Positions 1 to 9,022 of a stretch of DNA of 64,000 nt are shown in pieces. The position numbers were made by a program, and so were the translations under genes. Positions within the stretch are counted from its first letter, which is position 1; each line of letters begins with the position of its first letter. The stretch is taken from IMG/VR virus record IMGVR_UViG_3300042261_002385, positions 248,001 to 312,000 of that record; one strand, 5' to 3'. A model generated the notes under the pieces. It made no database searches and had not been told where the DNA came from. It saw only the letters and a program-made list of their open reading frames with translations.

Positions 1-2
1 TG

Positions 3-1292
3 ACTTACTTACGACTGAATTCTCATAAATTATATGAACACGGACTTACAAAAGAAGACGTTCTTAAGATATGTCAAGAAAGATGGGGCTCAAAAACAAA
101 AATAGAAATTGGTTGGAATTCTGATTTACAGAAGGATATTTTGCATATTTTCAATAATGAAAATTGCTCTGATGAAGAGGTGAAAAGACTGACAATTGAA
201 GACAACAGAGGGTTTGAAGTTCCAATAAGAACATTAGCTGACGTTACGACTTGGAAAGAAGAAGCAATAAAAGATATTGGTGGAGAAGACGCTTTCAATC
301 AAGAGTATGGACTAAGATTTATCAATGCATCCAAATCACTTTTGAATGAAGCAATTATTGATGAACTACTCAAAAGTAAGAAAAACTATGTTTTTGAAGA
401 AATATCAGAATTTGATAAAAAGATTAAATTTAGTTACTCTGATTTAAAATTTGTCGATGATGATGAAATATTTATACCACTAAAAAGAAAAGAATACAAA
501 ATTGTTGTTTCTATTGATATTGCTGAAGGATTAGGACAGGATTATTCCGTTATTAATATTTTTAGAATAAGTAATAAACCTAAAGAGGTTATTGAAAGTC
601 AAAAAAATAACTACAAATCACTAGTTGACTTCTTTAGACTCGAACAAATAGGTATTTTCAGAAATAACATGATTTCAATTAAACAACTAGCTGAGATCCT
701 TTATTTAATTTGCTTTGAATATTTCAATCCAGAGAATGTCAAAGTTGTATTAGAGTTGAATAATTATGGAAATACTTTACTGGCTGAAATGCCACACGTA
801 TTTGACGGAAAAAACGACTATGGTTCATCCATCTTTGTAAGATACAAACACAGAGTAGATTCTACAGAAGAAAAAGTAGGTCTGAAAGTAGGAGAAAACA
901 AAAATCTTTTAGTAAAAGATTATCAAGATCTTATGTATTCTAGAGGATTTGCTATTAATAATGAAGACACAATTAGAGAAATAACAACCTTTGTGAAGCA
1001 TATTACTTCAGCCGGTAACACTAGATACGCAGCTGACGTCGGGCATGATGATTGTGTAATGACTATTGTGAATACAACTTCAATCTTTCAAAAAACAGAA
1101 TTTAAAGAGATGATTGATGAGTGGTCAAGCAAACACACAGATAAGGAAATGCTACAATTTATTAATCAGTGTATGAATAGTATTGATTTTGTAGAAGGTG
1201 TTGATTACGGTTCATTTTTAAGAGCAAAAAATTTAGCAAAACCTAAAACTGGAAAAACTGGCTTGGGAAATAATTGGTTTGGTATAGGTTAA
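3..1292 (+). CDS. terL: Terminase large subunit, C-terminal nuclease half (5'-truncated by the window edge)
   Basis: Frame is open from nt 3. It has WKEE..FNQEY, the RNase H-fold DIAEGLGQDYSV and the C-terminal GHDDCVM motifs of T4 gp17-like terminases. Confidence 0.9.
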   Translation, partial: TYLRLNSHKLYEHGLTKEDVLKICQERWGSKTKIEIGWNSDLQKDILHIFNNENCSDEEVKRLTIEDNRGFEVPIRTLADVTTWKEEAIKDIGGEDAFNQEYGLRFINASKSLLNEAIIDELLKSKKNYVFEEISEFDKKIKFSYSDLKFVDDDEIFIPLKRKEYKIVVSIDIAEGLGQDYSVINIFRISNKPKEVIESQKNNYKSLVDFFRLEQIGIFRNNMISIKQLAEILYLICFEYFNPENVKVVLELNNYGNTLLAEMPHVFDGKNDYGSSIFVRYKHRVDSTEEKVGLKVGENKNLLVKDYQDLMYSRGFAINNEDTIREITTFVKHITSAGNTRYAADVGHDDCVMTIVNTTSIFQKTEFKEMIDEWSSKHTDKEMLQFINQCMNSIDFVEGVDYGSFLRAKNLAKPKTGKTGLGNNWFGIG

Positions 1293-1573
1293 GAATTCTC
1301 TTCCATGGTAACTGACAGACCAGCATTCTGAAGTTTTTCCTTCATAGTAGAAATAGTCTCGAAATCACCATACTTGACGTCACATTTTCCTTTAAAGTGA
1401 ACAATATGTGCACACTGATTAGCTTGTTCATATTCATGCCCGCAAACTTTCATCAAACAAGAGATAACCCAGTCAAAGGAGTTGAAATCATCATTATGTA
1501 AATCCAATCTATAAGGTTTTGAAAGAATTTCTTTTGCTTTACTTTGTGTTTTCTTTTTTGTAATAGTCGCCAT
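1289..1573 (-). CDS. clpS: ATP-dependent Clp protease adaptor ClpS
   Basis: LHNDDFNSFDWVISCLMKVCGH..QANQCAHIVHFKGKCDVK is the ClpS core, in the Bacteroidota-like style. Confidence 0.9.
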   Translation of the reverse strand: MATITKKKTQSKAKEILSKPYRLDLHNDDFNSFDWVISCLMKVCGHEYEQANQCAHIVHFKGKCDVKYGDFETISTMKEKLQNAGLSVTMEENS

Positions 1574-1577
1574 ATAA

Positions 1578-1606
1578 CTTATATTTTATTTTAATTAGAA
1601 AGTTTT
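1578..1606 (-). promoter_or_regulatory. Class II promoter AAAACT-N17-TATAAG, 4 nt upstream of the clpS ATG
   Basis: Read directly from the sequence. The same architecture recurs before 8 other genes. Confidence 0.55.
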
Positions 1607-2110
1607 TAAAGTCTTGTTTACTACATCAACAACAGTTACGGCACAGGATTGATTTTTTGCCCACTCTTCGAAATGTGGAAGATGGTCTTTTCTATCATCA
1701 TACATAACAAAATGTCTACAACCTGTTTTAATTATCATTTTCTCAAATAATTGTGTTTTAAATTTAAAAGTATCTCCTCCCCAGTTTAGATAGATTTCAT
1801 CAAATTCAAATCCATAATTTTTGAGAATTTTAATTACACCATCTCTCATACCTGGAACTGTATCTAACCTACCAGTGGCCAATATCAAATAACCAGTGGG
1901 GTCAGATTTTGCATCAATATATTTTTTATAAGTCCATTCGTTTTTAGGAGTATCAAATATGTTCATATCTAAAGTTTCTACTTTAGACCACCAACCTCTG
2001 TAAGGCCAAGGTTTTCCAGTTTTTTCTTCCCAAATTTTCATACCTGGTTCAGGTAACATAGTGTGTATAAGTGTATCGTCAAAGTCAAAACAATATAGAG
2101 TTTGGTGCAT
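1595..2110 (-). CDS. HAD-superfamily phosphatase, Swiss-Army-Knife RNA-repair/PNKP-like
   Basis: DFDDTL (DxD), GWW, LATGR, FK and YDDR..H motifs match HAD motifs I-IV. Confidence 0.7.
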   Translation of the reverse strand: MHQTLYCFDFDDTLIHTMLPEPGMKIWEEKTGKPWPYRGWWSKVETLDMNIFDTPKNEWTYKKYIDAKSDPTGYLILATGRLDTVPGMRDGVIKILKNYGFEFDEIYLNWGGDTFKFKTQLFEKMIIKTGCRHFVMYDDRKDHLPHFEEWAKNQSCAVTVVDVVNKTLKTF

Positions 2111-2199
2111 TGCAAATTTTATTTTTACAAATATATATAAAAAAAATTAATGTTAATAAGATTTAAAAAATTATATATAATTAAAAATTACACAATAAA

Positions 2200-2616
2200 A
2201 TGAATTTCAAAATTAATCTTCAAACAATCATAATGTTTATATTGTTAGGCTTTTCAATTTTATTCTTTTCTATGTGGTTTCTAAAAGGAACTGGATATAA
2301 AAAGGAATACAAAAAATTAGAACAAGAATTTCAAAAAATTCAGAAAATCAGAGACTCTCTACAAAAATTAAATATCAAATTGAAAGATGACTTTGATAAA
2401 AGAGAAATAGAAATAAAAAAGAGAGACAGTCTAATTAGGCTAGTCGAAAAAGAATTAATTAGAACTAAGCAAGAACTCAAAGAGGCGAAAAAGGATGTAG
2501 CAAAATGGCAATCCGACTATCAAAATACTAAGAAAAAGATTGAACAACTAAAAAAAGATCCTATAAAAAGAGAAGACGAAGAGTTAATGAAGTCTTTATC
2601 CGAAAAATTAAAATAA
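2200..2616 (+). CDS. Membrane-anchored coiled-coil protein (i-spanin-like)
   Basis: A single N-terminal hydrophobic helix is followed by a Lys/Glu heptad coiled coil. Confidence 0.45.
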   Translation: MNFKINLQTIIMFILLGFSILFFSMWFLKGTGYKKEYKKLEQEFQKIQKIRDSLQKLNIKLKDDFDKREIEIKKRDSLIRLVEKELIRTKQELKEAKKDVAKWQSDYQNTKKKIEQLKKDPIKREDEELMKSLSEKLK

Positions 2617-2619
2617 TAT

Positions 2620-3117
2620 ATGAAATCAATTATCCTAACAACATTATTTATGTTACTCTCAATTGTCTGTATTGGACAGAATTATCCAAGAATTGAAAAA
2701 GACTCACTTGGTAACAAATTTGTAATCATGACATATGATCAGGCACAAAAAATAGATAATGCATTTGAACTTGTAGCTTTATTAGAAAAAGCAGGAGCCG
2801 AGTGTGATAGTCTAAGTCTTTCATACGTAAAAGTTATCAGTAAACTTGAAAAACAAGTCTCTCAGTTAGAAACCGATTTAAAACTTTACAAAGGACAAGT
2901 CATTGATAAAGACAATCAAATAGAGAATTTAACACAAAGACTTAAAAACACCGAAGATGATGCCAAACTTTGTAACGACCAAATATCAATTAGAGATAAA
3001 CAAATAGTATTGCTAAATGATGAAATTAAAAGCCTGAAAACGAAAAGAAATATAGCTTACGGAGTTGGTATAGGTGGAACAATATTAGGAATTTTAGTTG
3101 CTATATTAGTTCATTAA
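2620..3117 (+). CDS. Signal peptide + coiled coil + C-terminal TM protein (spanin-like partner)
   Basis: MKSIILTTLFMLLSIVCIG|Q signal, coiled coil, and C-terminal TM IAYGVGIGGTILGILVAILV. Confidence 0.4.
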   Translation: MKSIILTTLFMLLSIVCIGQNYPRIEKDSLGNKFVIMTYDQAQKIDNAFELVALLEKAGAECDSLSLSYVKVISKLEKQVSQLETDLKLYKGQVIDKDNQIENLTQRLKNTEDDAKLCNDQISIRDKQIVLLNDEIKSLKTKRNIAYGVGIGGTILGILVAILVH

Positions 3118-3174
3118 TGAAAAAAGTCATTTTTTTAATATAATATATACTTTACAAAAAAATCATAATTGAAA

Positions 3175-3816
3175 ATGAAACACATTAGAACATTTGAAAG
3201 TTATCGTATTAGAAAGAATAGAGAAGAAATTATCAAAGAATCTGTTCTTCAAGTAAACGATATCTATAAAGTTAAGACAATGATTGATATTCCACAGTCA
3301 TTAATCAATGCTTATGTGAAAAAAGTGAAAGATACTACAGGTAAAAATCTACGTCAATTTTTTGGTGATGTTGACATCGCTGAAGAAATTGTCAAATTCA
3401 TAAATATGAACAACTTAGACGTTGAGAAACTACCAGGAAACGCACTTATGGGTGGAGCACAAGGTCAAGGACAAAGTCAAGGACAAGCACAGGTTCAAAC
3501 TGACGCTGAAGCTCAGACACAATCACAAGGTCAAGAAGAAGGACAAGCACAAGGACAAGGTCAGGGACAAGCTCAGGGTCAGGGACAAGCACAAGGACAA
3601 GCTCAGGGTCAAGGACAAGCTCAGGGTCAAGGACAAGCTCAGGGTCAAGGACAAGCTCAGGGTCAAGGTCAAGCTCAGGGTCAAGGTCAAGCACAAGGAC
3701 AAGCTCAAGGACAAGCTAAAGAAGAAGAGTTTGAAGAACCACAAGGTCAAGCACAAGGTCAAGCACAAGCCCAGGGTGAAGAAGAAAAACTTCCAGAAGA
3801 AGAGGAAGAAGCTTAA
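3175..3816 (+). CDS. Putative internal head protein with a Gly/Gln low-complexity tail
   Basis: ATG at 3175 gives [10 protein letters not shown], then a ~90 aa globular part, GQAQGQ repeats and an acidic end. Confidence 0.6.
   Translation: MKHIRTFESYRIRKNREEIIKESVLQVNDIYKVKTMIDIPQSLINAYVKKVKDTTGKNLRQFFGDVDIAEEIVKFINMNNLDVEKLPGNALMGGAQGQGQSQGQAQVQTDAEAQTQSQGQEEGQAQGQGQGQAQGQGQAQGQAQGQGQAQGQGQAQGQGQAQGQGQAQGQGQAQGQAQGQAKEEEFEEPQGQAQGQAQAQGEEEKLPEEEEEA
3540..3714 (+). repeat. 18-bp coding tandem repeat (GQAQGQ)n
   Basis: Tandem units of the type cagggtcaaggacaagct. Confidence 0.9.
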
Positions 3817-3837
3817 AAATTACTACAGATATACTTC

Positions 3838-3865
3838 AAAACCCATCAGAAATGATGGGTTTTTT
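3838..3865 (+). terminator. Intrinsic terminator
   Basis: ACCCATCA-GAAA-TGATGGGT followed by a T-run. Confidence 0.85.
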
Positions 3866-3881
3866 ATTTAATATATAATTT

Positions 3882-4496
3882 ATGAGATTTATTAAAACAT
3901 TTGAGGCATACAACGAAGATACTCTTATAATAGTAGATGTGCAAAAATCATTTAGGAAGTTTTTTTCAGAGATGTATCTTAATGAATTAAAAAAATACTC
4001 TAAAAACTTCAATAACGTTTATCAAATATGGGACAATCACATTGATGGAAAAAACGTAGATAAAGAATACCTTTATGATATAAATCCAACAATTCCTATT
4101 CACGATGACCTGTTTTATTTTCCCAACCAAAAAGATATAATTGAAAAACGATACAATTATAAAGTCGATGCGGATTTCTACAAAAAGATTTTAGATTCTG
4201 ATATTTACGAAGAGATTAGTAAAAAAGAAGAAGAGAAAACTCTTAAAAAGGGTGATGTCTTTCCAACAAAAGAAGGAACAATTATAACATTTATCAACAA
4301 TAATCATGTTTGGTTTCATTGCCCAAAGAAGTTATATGAACTACTCATAGAATTGAAAGGAAGAGATGTCGTAATAGTAGGTGGTGCAGATTCAGAATGT
4401 TTAGAAGATATAGTTACTACAGCCGAAAGTTTAGATGTTAAGATAAAAAGAAATTATAAATTTATTTACACAGCTTCAAGTTGTCCTATAAAATAG
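3882..4496 (+). CDS. Isochorismatase/cysteine-hydrolase-like protein
   Basis: LIIVDVQKSF near the N-terminus and VVIVGGADSECL near the C-terminus. Begins MRFIKTFEAY. Confidence 0.55.
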   Translation: MRFIKTFEAYNEDTLIIVDVQKSFRKFFSEMYLNELKKYSKNFNNVYQIWDNHIDGKNVDKEYLYDINPTIPIHDDLFYFPNQKDIIEKRYNYKVDADFYKKILDSDIYEEISKKEEEKTLKKGDVFPTKEGTIITFINNNHVWFHCPKKLYELLIELKGRDVVIVGGADSECLEDIVTTAESLDVKIKRNYKFIYTASSCPIK

Positions 4497-4497
4497 A

Positions 4498-4872
4498 TTA
4501 AAATATAGCGGCATTCACTTCATACCCAGCTATAGTAAAATCAACGGTCATAAACTCTTCATGTTTCTCAGGGTGGTCAAAAAAATTAACCTCAACTGTA
4601 TACTCTATACCTTGAATTTCAGGTATGAATCGATTTATCTGTGATATGATATCAGATTGAACTGATTCAGCCGATAGACGAGTTTCATGAAGTAATTCAT
4701 ATAAATCAGCACCAAGACTTGGCTCTCCAAAAACTTCACCTTTGTTGGTAAAAATTATCATCTCGTATTTCTGAATGATTACTCTAATCACGTCATCCTC
4801 TATGAGATCTAAGTCTCTAAATCTTGGATGACCTGGATAACCTATATAAAAATCTATGAAACTATTTGCCAT
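4498..4872 (-). CDS. gp25: Baseplate wedge protein, gp25-like
   Basis: TNKGEVFGEPSLGADLYELLHE motif, 124 aa. Confidence 0.75.
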   Translation of the reverse strand: MANSFIDFYIGYPGHPRFRDLDLIEDDVIRVIIQKYEMIIFTNKGEVFGEPSLGADLYELLHETRLSAESVQSDIISQINRFIPEIQGIEYTVEVNFFDHPEKHEEFMTVDFTIAGYEVNAAIF

Positions 4873-4883
4873 AGACTTATATA

Positions 4884-5849
4884 TTATATTAAATTATCTC
4901 TATATTTACCAATGACAGTCATAGCTAAGATGAGTGGGTCTGAAACTGATTCTAATTTTGAAGAATAGTCGGAAAGTATATAGTTGCACAAAAATAACTT
5001 TTCAATATCCTTACCATTTTCAATAGACCAATCTACAAAAGGCTTACCTAATAATTTAAATAAAACATCTATTTTCTCAGGTCCAAATATATTGTTTGTG
5101 AAGTGCCAAACTCTTTCATAGTCATAGCTATCATCATATAACATCTCATATAGTTCAGATTTGACTTTATTAGAAACAGAGGTATATTGACTTGATAAAT
5201 GTCCAGTAGATAAGAAATTTTGTAATTCTACCATGATACTTCTAAAATCTGGAAATTTTTTAGTAATTATCGATACTAAATCTTCCTTCGTAACACTAGC
5301 GTTTTCTGAAGTAAGAATTACATTTTTAATTCTTTTGAACATCTCTTGTTTTAGATATCTCTCTTCACTAGTGTCCAAACAATCAAAATTTATTTGAGGA
5401 ATTCGTGATTTTATACCATCTGATATTTTGTTGATATGATTGGTAGTAATTATAAATCTTACATTTTTGTTATACTTTTCAATAAAGGCTTTAAAGGCAT
5501 CTTGGAATTGAGCGGAAACTCTTTCAAACTCATCTAAGAAAATATACTTTACATCAGATTCAGTCTCCATCATAGGTGTATATTTACAAAAATCTTCAAT
5601 TTGGGTTCTTAATATATCAATAGAGGTGAAGAGGGATGAATTTAACTCAAGAAACGGCTTATCTTTTGTATACTTACCTATCAATATTCTAGCTAAACTT
5701 GTTTTTCCTGTTCCATAGTGGCCATAAAATATATAATTACCAGTAACTCCATTTTCAAAATGTTTTCTTATTCTAGGTAAGAGAACTATGTCATCTATAG
5801 ACTTTGGCCTCCATTTTTCCCATAAAAGTAATTGATTGATTGAACTCAT
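4884..5849 (-). CDS. gp44: Sliding-clamp loader AAA+ subunit (gp44/RFC-like)
   Basis: LWEKWRPKSIDDIVL, GHYGTGKTS, FLDEFE and SR motifs. The true start is likely the ATG at 5849. Confidence 0.92.
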   Translation of the reverse strand: MSSINQLLLWEKWRPKSIDDIVLLPRIRKHFENGVTGNYIFYGHYGTGKTSLARILIGKYTKDKPFLELNSSLFTSIDILRTQIEDFCKYTPMMETESDVKYIFLDEFERVSAQFQDAFKAFIEKYNKNVRFIITTNHINKISDGIKSRIPQINFDCLDTSEERYLKQEMFKRIKNVILTSENASVTKEDLVSIITKKFPDFRSIMVELQNFLSTGHLSSQYTSVSNKVKSELYEMLYDDSYDYERVWHFTNNIFGPEKIDVLFKLLGKPFVDWSIENGKDIEKLFLCNYILSDYSSKLESVSDPLILAMTVIGKYRDNLI

Positions 5850-5853
5850 AAAA

Positions 5854-5882
5854 CTTATATCAAAAAAAGTCAACAAAGTTAA
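5854..5882 (-). promoter_or_regulatory. Class II promoter TTAACT-N17-TATAAG, 4 nt upstream of the ATG
   Basis: Read directly. Spacing is identical to the clpS promoter. Confidence 0.55.
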
Positions 5883-5918
5883 AAATAAATGTAAGAGATG
5901 ACTTTTTATATATAATTT

Positions 5919-7112
5919 ATGATAGGAGAAAGATTTAATTTTGAAGATGTCTTCTTTAGAGATTTGACAGTTTGTGTTTTAGACACATTCGAGGGTCAAG
6001 TCAGATGGACAAATAGATTTTCATCAGGAGATGTTCCTGTAAACGTTCCATTCTACTACTCATTAACTGGTGATGAAAGGTTTTTACTTGATTCATTTGC
6101 TGATGATGTAGTTTCTGAGAATAGATTTGTCGAGCTAAACACTGATGAAATTCCAAGAGGTCACTTAACAATGACAGGATTCAACATCAAATCAGATGAA
6201 TTTGCTAATCCAAATGTTTGGCTGAGAATGGTCGTTGAAAACGAAATTGAAATCAGAAAAGTTTTAGCTAAAGTCAGAGCAATTCCAATAACTGTAAATT
6301 ACGAATTAACAATACTACTTTCAAGTGAAATTGATACATTTAAGTGCGCACAAGCAATAATGGATACAATGTGGATTTACAAGTTCATGTATTTTGAACA
6401 CAACTTCATGAATATCGACGCTGTTATCTTGATGCCAGATACTAATCAAATTGAAATGAGCAGAGAAAAAAATCTAACATCTGATAATAATATTAAATTA
6501 AAGGCATCATTTGAAGTTAGCACTTACTATCCAGCATTTAGAAAAGATAGAATAAGTATGACTGGTTATCCAAGACAATACGGAACAGGTATGTCTGATT
6601 TGAACGGATTTCCAGTTGACGGCGGTTTCAGTGACTTATTTCCACAACCAGGTATTCCGAGAGACAGGCCAGGTGCTGAGCCATGGAATTTTCCAAGTCC
6701 CTCATCTTTAGGAGCAGCAGGCAGTGTCGGCGGAACAGAAACAACAGATCAAGGAGGAGTAAGGACTTCTCCAGAGACTTCAGATGGAACAGATCCAAAC
6801 TATCCGGAAAATACAGGACCTGTATTTCCTGGGGCTCCGGTTCCACCAGGATATCCAATTGGAGCTACAACAAGTAGTTTCTTTGGCAGAAGCACAACTC
6901 TAGGTTCAGATCCATCTCAGAGAATAATTAATGGATCCTTTGCTAATGATCCAGACTATTATCTAATAGCCCCTAAAAGGACTAGATGGTTTAATAATAT
7001 TTTACAAGCTAGACAAAAGGCAGCCACTCCACCGAGTAATCCAAATGCTGGCAATCCTGCTCCTGGTAATAATGGCGGGTCTAACCCACCTACAAATCCC
7101 AATCCAATCTAA
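5919..7112 (+). CDS. gp15: Tail terminator/sheath stabiliser, gp15-like, with a Pro/Gly-rich C-terminal extension
   Basis: VPFYY, IPRGHL and PITVNYELTI follow the T4 gp15 pattern. The last ~190 aa are low-complexity. Confidence 0.65.
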   Translation: MIGERFNFEDVFFRDLTVCVLDTFEGQVRWTNRFSSGDVPVNVPFYYSLTGDERFLLDSFADDVVSENRFVELNTDEIPRGHLTMTGFNIKSDEFANPNVWLRMVVENEIEIRKVLAKVRAIPITVNYELTILLSSEIDTFKCAQAIMDTMWIYKFMYFEHNFMNIDAVILMPDTNQIEMSREKNLTSDNNIKLKASFEVSTYYPAFRKDRISMTGYPRQYGTGMSDLNGFPVDGGFSDLFPQPGIPRDRPGAEPWNFPSPSSLGAAGSVGGTETTDQGGVRTSPETSDGTDPNYPENTGPVFPGAPVPPGYPIGATTSSFFGRSTTLGSDPSQRIINGSFANDPDYYLIAPKRTRWFNNILQARQKAATPPSNPNAGNPAPGNNGGSNPPTNPNPI

Positions 7113-7183
7113 AAATAAAATGGTAAAAATTGACTTTTTTGTCTTAATATATAGTTTAATAAAGAAAAAAAAATATCATAAAT

Positions 7184-8467
7184 ATGAAGAATCTTAAACT
7201 CGAGTTGTTTAATTTCAGAAAGAATCTCTCCCTTGATCAAGAAGAGATTTCTACTATAGTAGAAGGTCACATGAATGCTTGCAACGATCATTCTGAAAAG
7301 ACTATCATCAATTCTCTTAATGAGAAACTTAAAGCCTATACATACGATAAGACTGTAAAATCTCTTTTAGAGTCATTAAATGATGATATGTCTAACTATG
7401 AGTTACTGTATGAATTGAAAAATCTATATAACGTATTAAACTCAAAAAATCAGGGTGAACTTTATCGCCAACCAATCAACGTTCTTCTACAAACAATTAA
7501 TTTAGAGAACGATCAAGATAGAATGTCTAAAGTTTTGAACGAATTAGCGGTTTATGACTGGGTTCCTGAAATTAAATTGTTTGTTCATAATTTAACTACA
7601 ACTCCTGAAAAAAGATCTAATCTTTTAAGTGGTGGTAAAGGTGAGTCAGTTTATTCACTTGTAGAATCTGTTGAAGACGGACACATTGCTTTGATTAGAG
7701 ATTCATGGTTTCTTTTAACTGAGAACTCAATTGAAAAAACTCTTCTTGAAACTCACGTAAAGGATGAAGAGGAACTTCTTAGCTTAAGAACTTTAGAAAC
7801 AGCTATGAAATACGCTTCAATCTCCGAAGATAGAATTAATTTCAGAATATCTGAATATTTAACTCTAGGTCTTTCAGTAGCTAAAAAAGGTGGAATATAC
7901 ATCAACGATGATGAGTTAAATGATGAGACAACCTTAGAGTCTTTATTTTCTTCTCCAATCGTTCCAATTGTAAACAAAAACTTTTATCCTGTTTTATTAG
8001 AAGTATCTAAAAATTTGGATAAATTCGTAGAGTTAGATGTTGTTAAAAGAATTGGAAATTTGATAAACCCTTATTTAGAGTGTTATGCATTCAATTACAA
8101 AAACAACACTTACTTATACAGATGTGATGAAAGATATGGTAACTCATTCTTTAAGTATGAATCAGCATTGGAATTAGTAAATGAAGTTAGAAACGAATTA
8201 AATTATGACCTAACTTATTTCTATGAGAATAAACTTTCAAAAGAATTAGTAGTTAAGAGAAAATTAGAGGATAAAGAAAGAGAAATTACTTTAAAACTTG
8301 AAGATGTAAACTTCAACATAGATAAAGTAAACGGTTCAATTCAATTAATAGGTGAATCAGAAGTCTTAACAACAGCTCTAAAAAATCTAAAGAAAAGAGC
8401 TAAAGTTCTTACAGCTGAATTAGATGGTGTAAAAGAACTTCAGTATAAAGAAAGAATTAAATTGTAA
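7184..8467 (+). CDS. Hypothetical helical protein, possibly head-associated
   Basis: Long ORF with a late-type promoter and a terminator. Several LxE/LxES sites. No family recognised. Confidence 0.5.
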   Translation: MKNLKLELFNFRKNLSLDQEEISTIVEGHMNACNDHSEKTIINSLNEKLKAYTYDKTVKSLLESLNDDMSNYELLYELKNLYNVLNSKNQGELYRQPINVLLQTINLENDQDRMSKVLNELAVYDWVPEIKLFVHNLTTTPEKRSNLLSGGKGESVYSLVESVEDGHIALIRDSWFLLTENSIEKTLLETHVKDEEELLSLRTLETAMKYASISEDRINFRISEYLTLGLSVAKKGGIYINDDELNDETTLESLFSSPIVPIVNKNFYPVLLEVSKNLDKFVELDVVKRIGNLINPYLECYAFNYKNNTYLYRCDERYGNSFFKYESALELVNEVRNELNYDLTYFYENKLSKELVVKRKLEDKEREITLKLEDVNFNIDKVNGSIQLIGESEVLTTALKNLKKRAKVLTAELDGVKELQYKERIKL

Positions 8468-8485
8468 ATACAATTTTTATAACAG

Positions 8486-8512
8486 AAACCCTCTTAATTA
8501 AGAGGGTTTTTT
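8486..8512 (+). terminator. Intrinsic terminator
   Basis: Perfect 24-bp palindrome AAACCCTCTTAATTAAGAGGGTTT followed by Ts. Confidence 0.85.
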
Positions 8513-8518
8513 AATTTA

Positions 8519-8547
8519 TAAACTTTTTTAGTAAATTAATATATAAC
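8519..8547 (+). promoter_or_regulatory. Class II promoter TAAACT-N17-TATAAC overlapping a late-type ATATATA, upstream of the sigma gene
   Basis: Read directly from the sequence. Confidence 0.55.
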
Positions 8548-8598
8548 ATGAAAGTTAATAGCTTCAGAGTTTTACTCTCAAAAAAATAAGCTATATGA

Positions 8599-8964
8599 AT
8601 GTATTTAAATAACAAAGACCTCTACGTAGAGATAATCGTATCAAAAGCGCAAGGAAAACTAACAAGAAACGCAGAAAAAATGCTAGAGCTACTAGCTAAG
8701 AAAACAATCAAAAAAATGAGATACTGGTCAAACGACGATAAACTAGACTGCTATCAATCAGGTCTACTAGATATGTTCCAAAATTGGTATAATTTCAATG
8801 AAGAAAAATCAGTAAACGCCTTCGCTTACTTTACAGAGGTATTTAAAAGAGGAATAGCTAAGGGATTCAATGAATTATATAAGAAAAAGGGAGACAATGA
8901 TAATTTAATTAAACTATTATCAATAGAAGGAAGCAACGACGGCCAAGGACTCCATTCAATCTAA
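8599..8964 (+). CDS. gp55: Late-transcription sigma factor, gp55-like
   Basis: YLNNKDL, DCYQSG and NFNEEKSVNAFAYFT parallel T4 gp55 YVNNKEL...NFDETK..NPHAYIT. Confidence 0.85.
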   Translation: MYLNNKDLYVEIIVSKAQGKLTRNAEKMLELLAKKTIKKMRYWSNDDKLDCYQSGLLDMFQNWYNFNEEKSVNAFAYFTEVFKRGIAKGFNELYKKKGDNDNLIKLLSIEGSNDGQGLHSI

Positions 8965-8980
8965 AATATAAAATAAATAA

Positions 8981-9008
8981 AAAAACCACTCTTATGAGTG
9001 GTTTTTTT
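8981..9008. terminator. Bidirectional terminator between the convergent gp55 and glnII genes
   Basis: AAAAACCACTC-TTAT-GAGTGGTTTTT. Confidence 0.85.
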
Positions 9009-9022
9009 ATTAAGTAGGAATA

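Noticed and set aside
3-260. Possible intein or insertion in the terminase before WKEE
   Set aside because: There is no His-Asn splice end or endonuclease motif, and the window edge prevents alignment of the upstream flank.
3422-3871. Lys/Asp/Val-repeat ORF and two antisense ORFs over the GQAQGQ gene
   Set aside because: Shadows of the 18-bp repeat.
8548-8589. 13-codon upstream ORF before gp55
   Set aside because: Its ATG directly abuts the predicted -10 box, so it is probably upstream of the transcription start.
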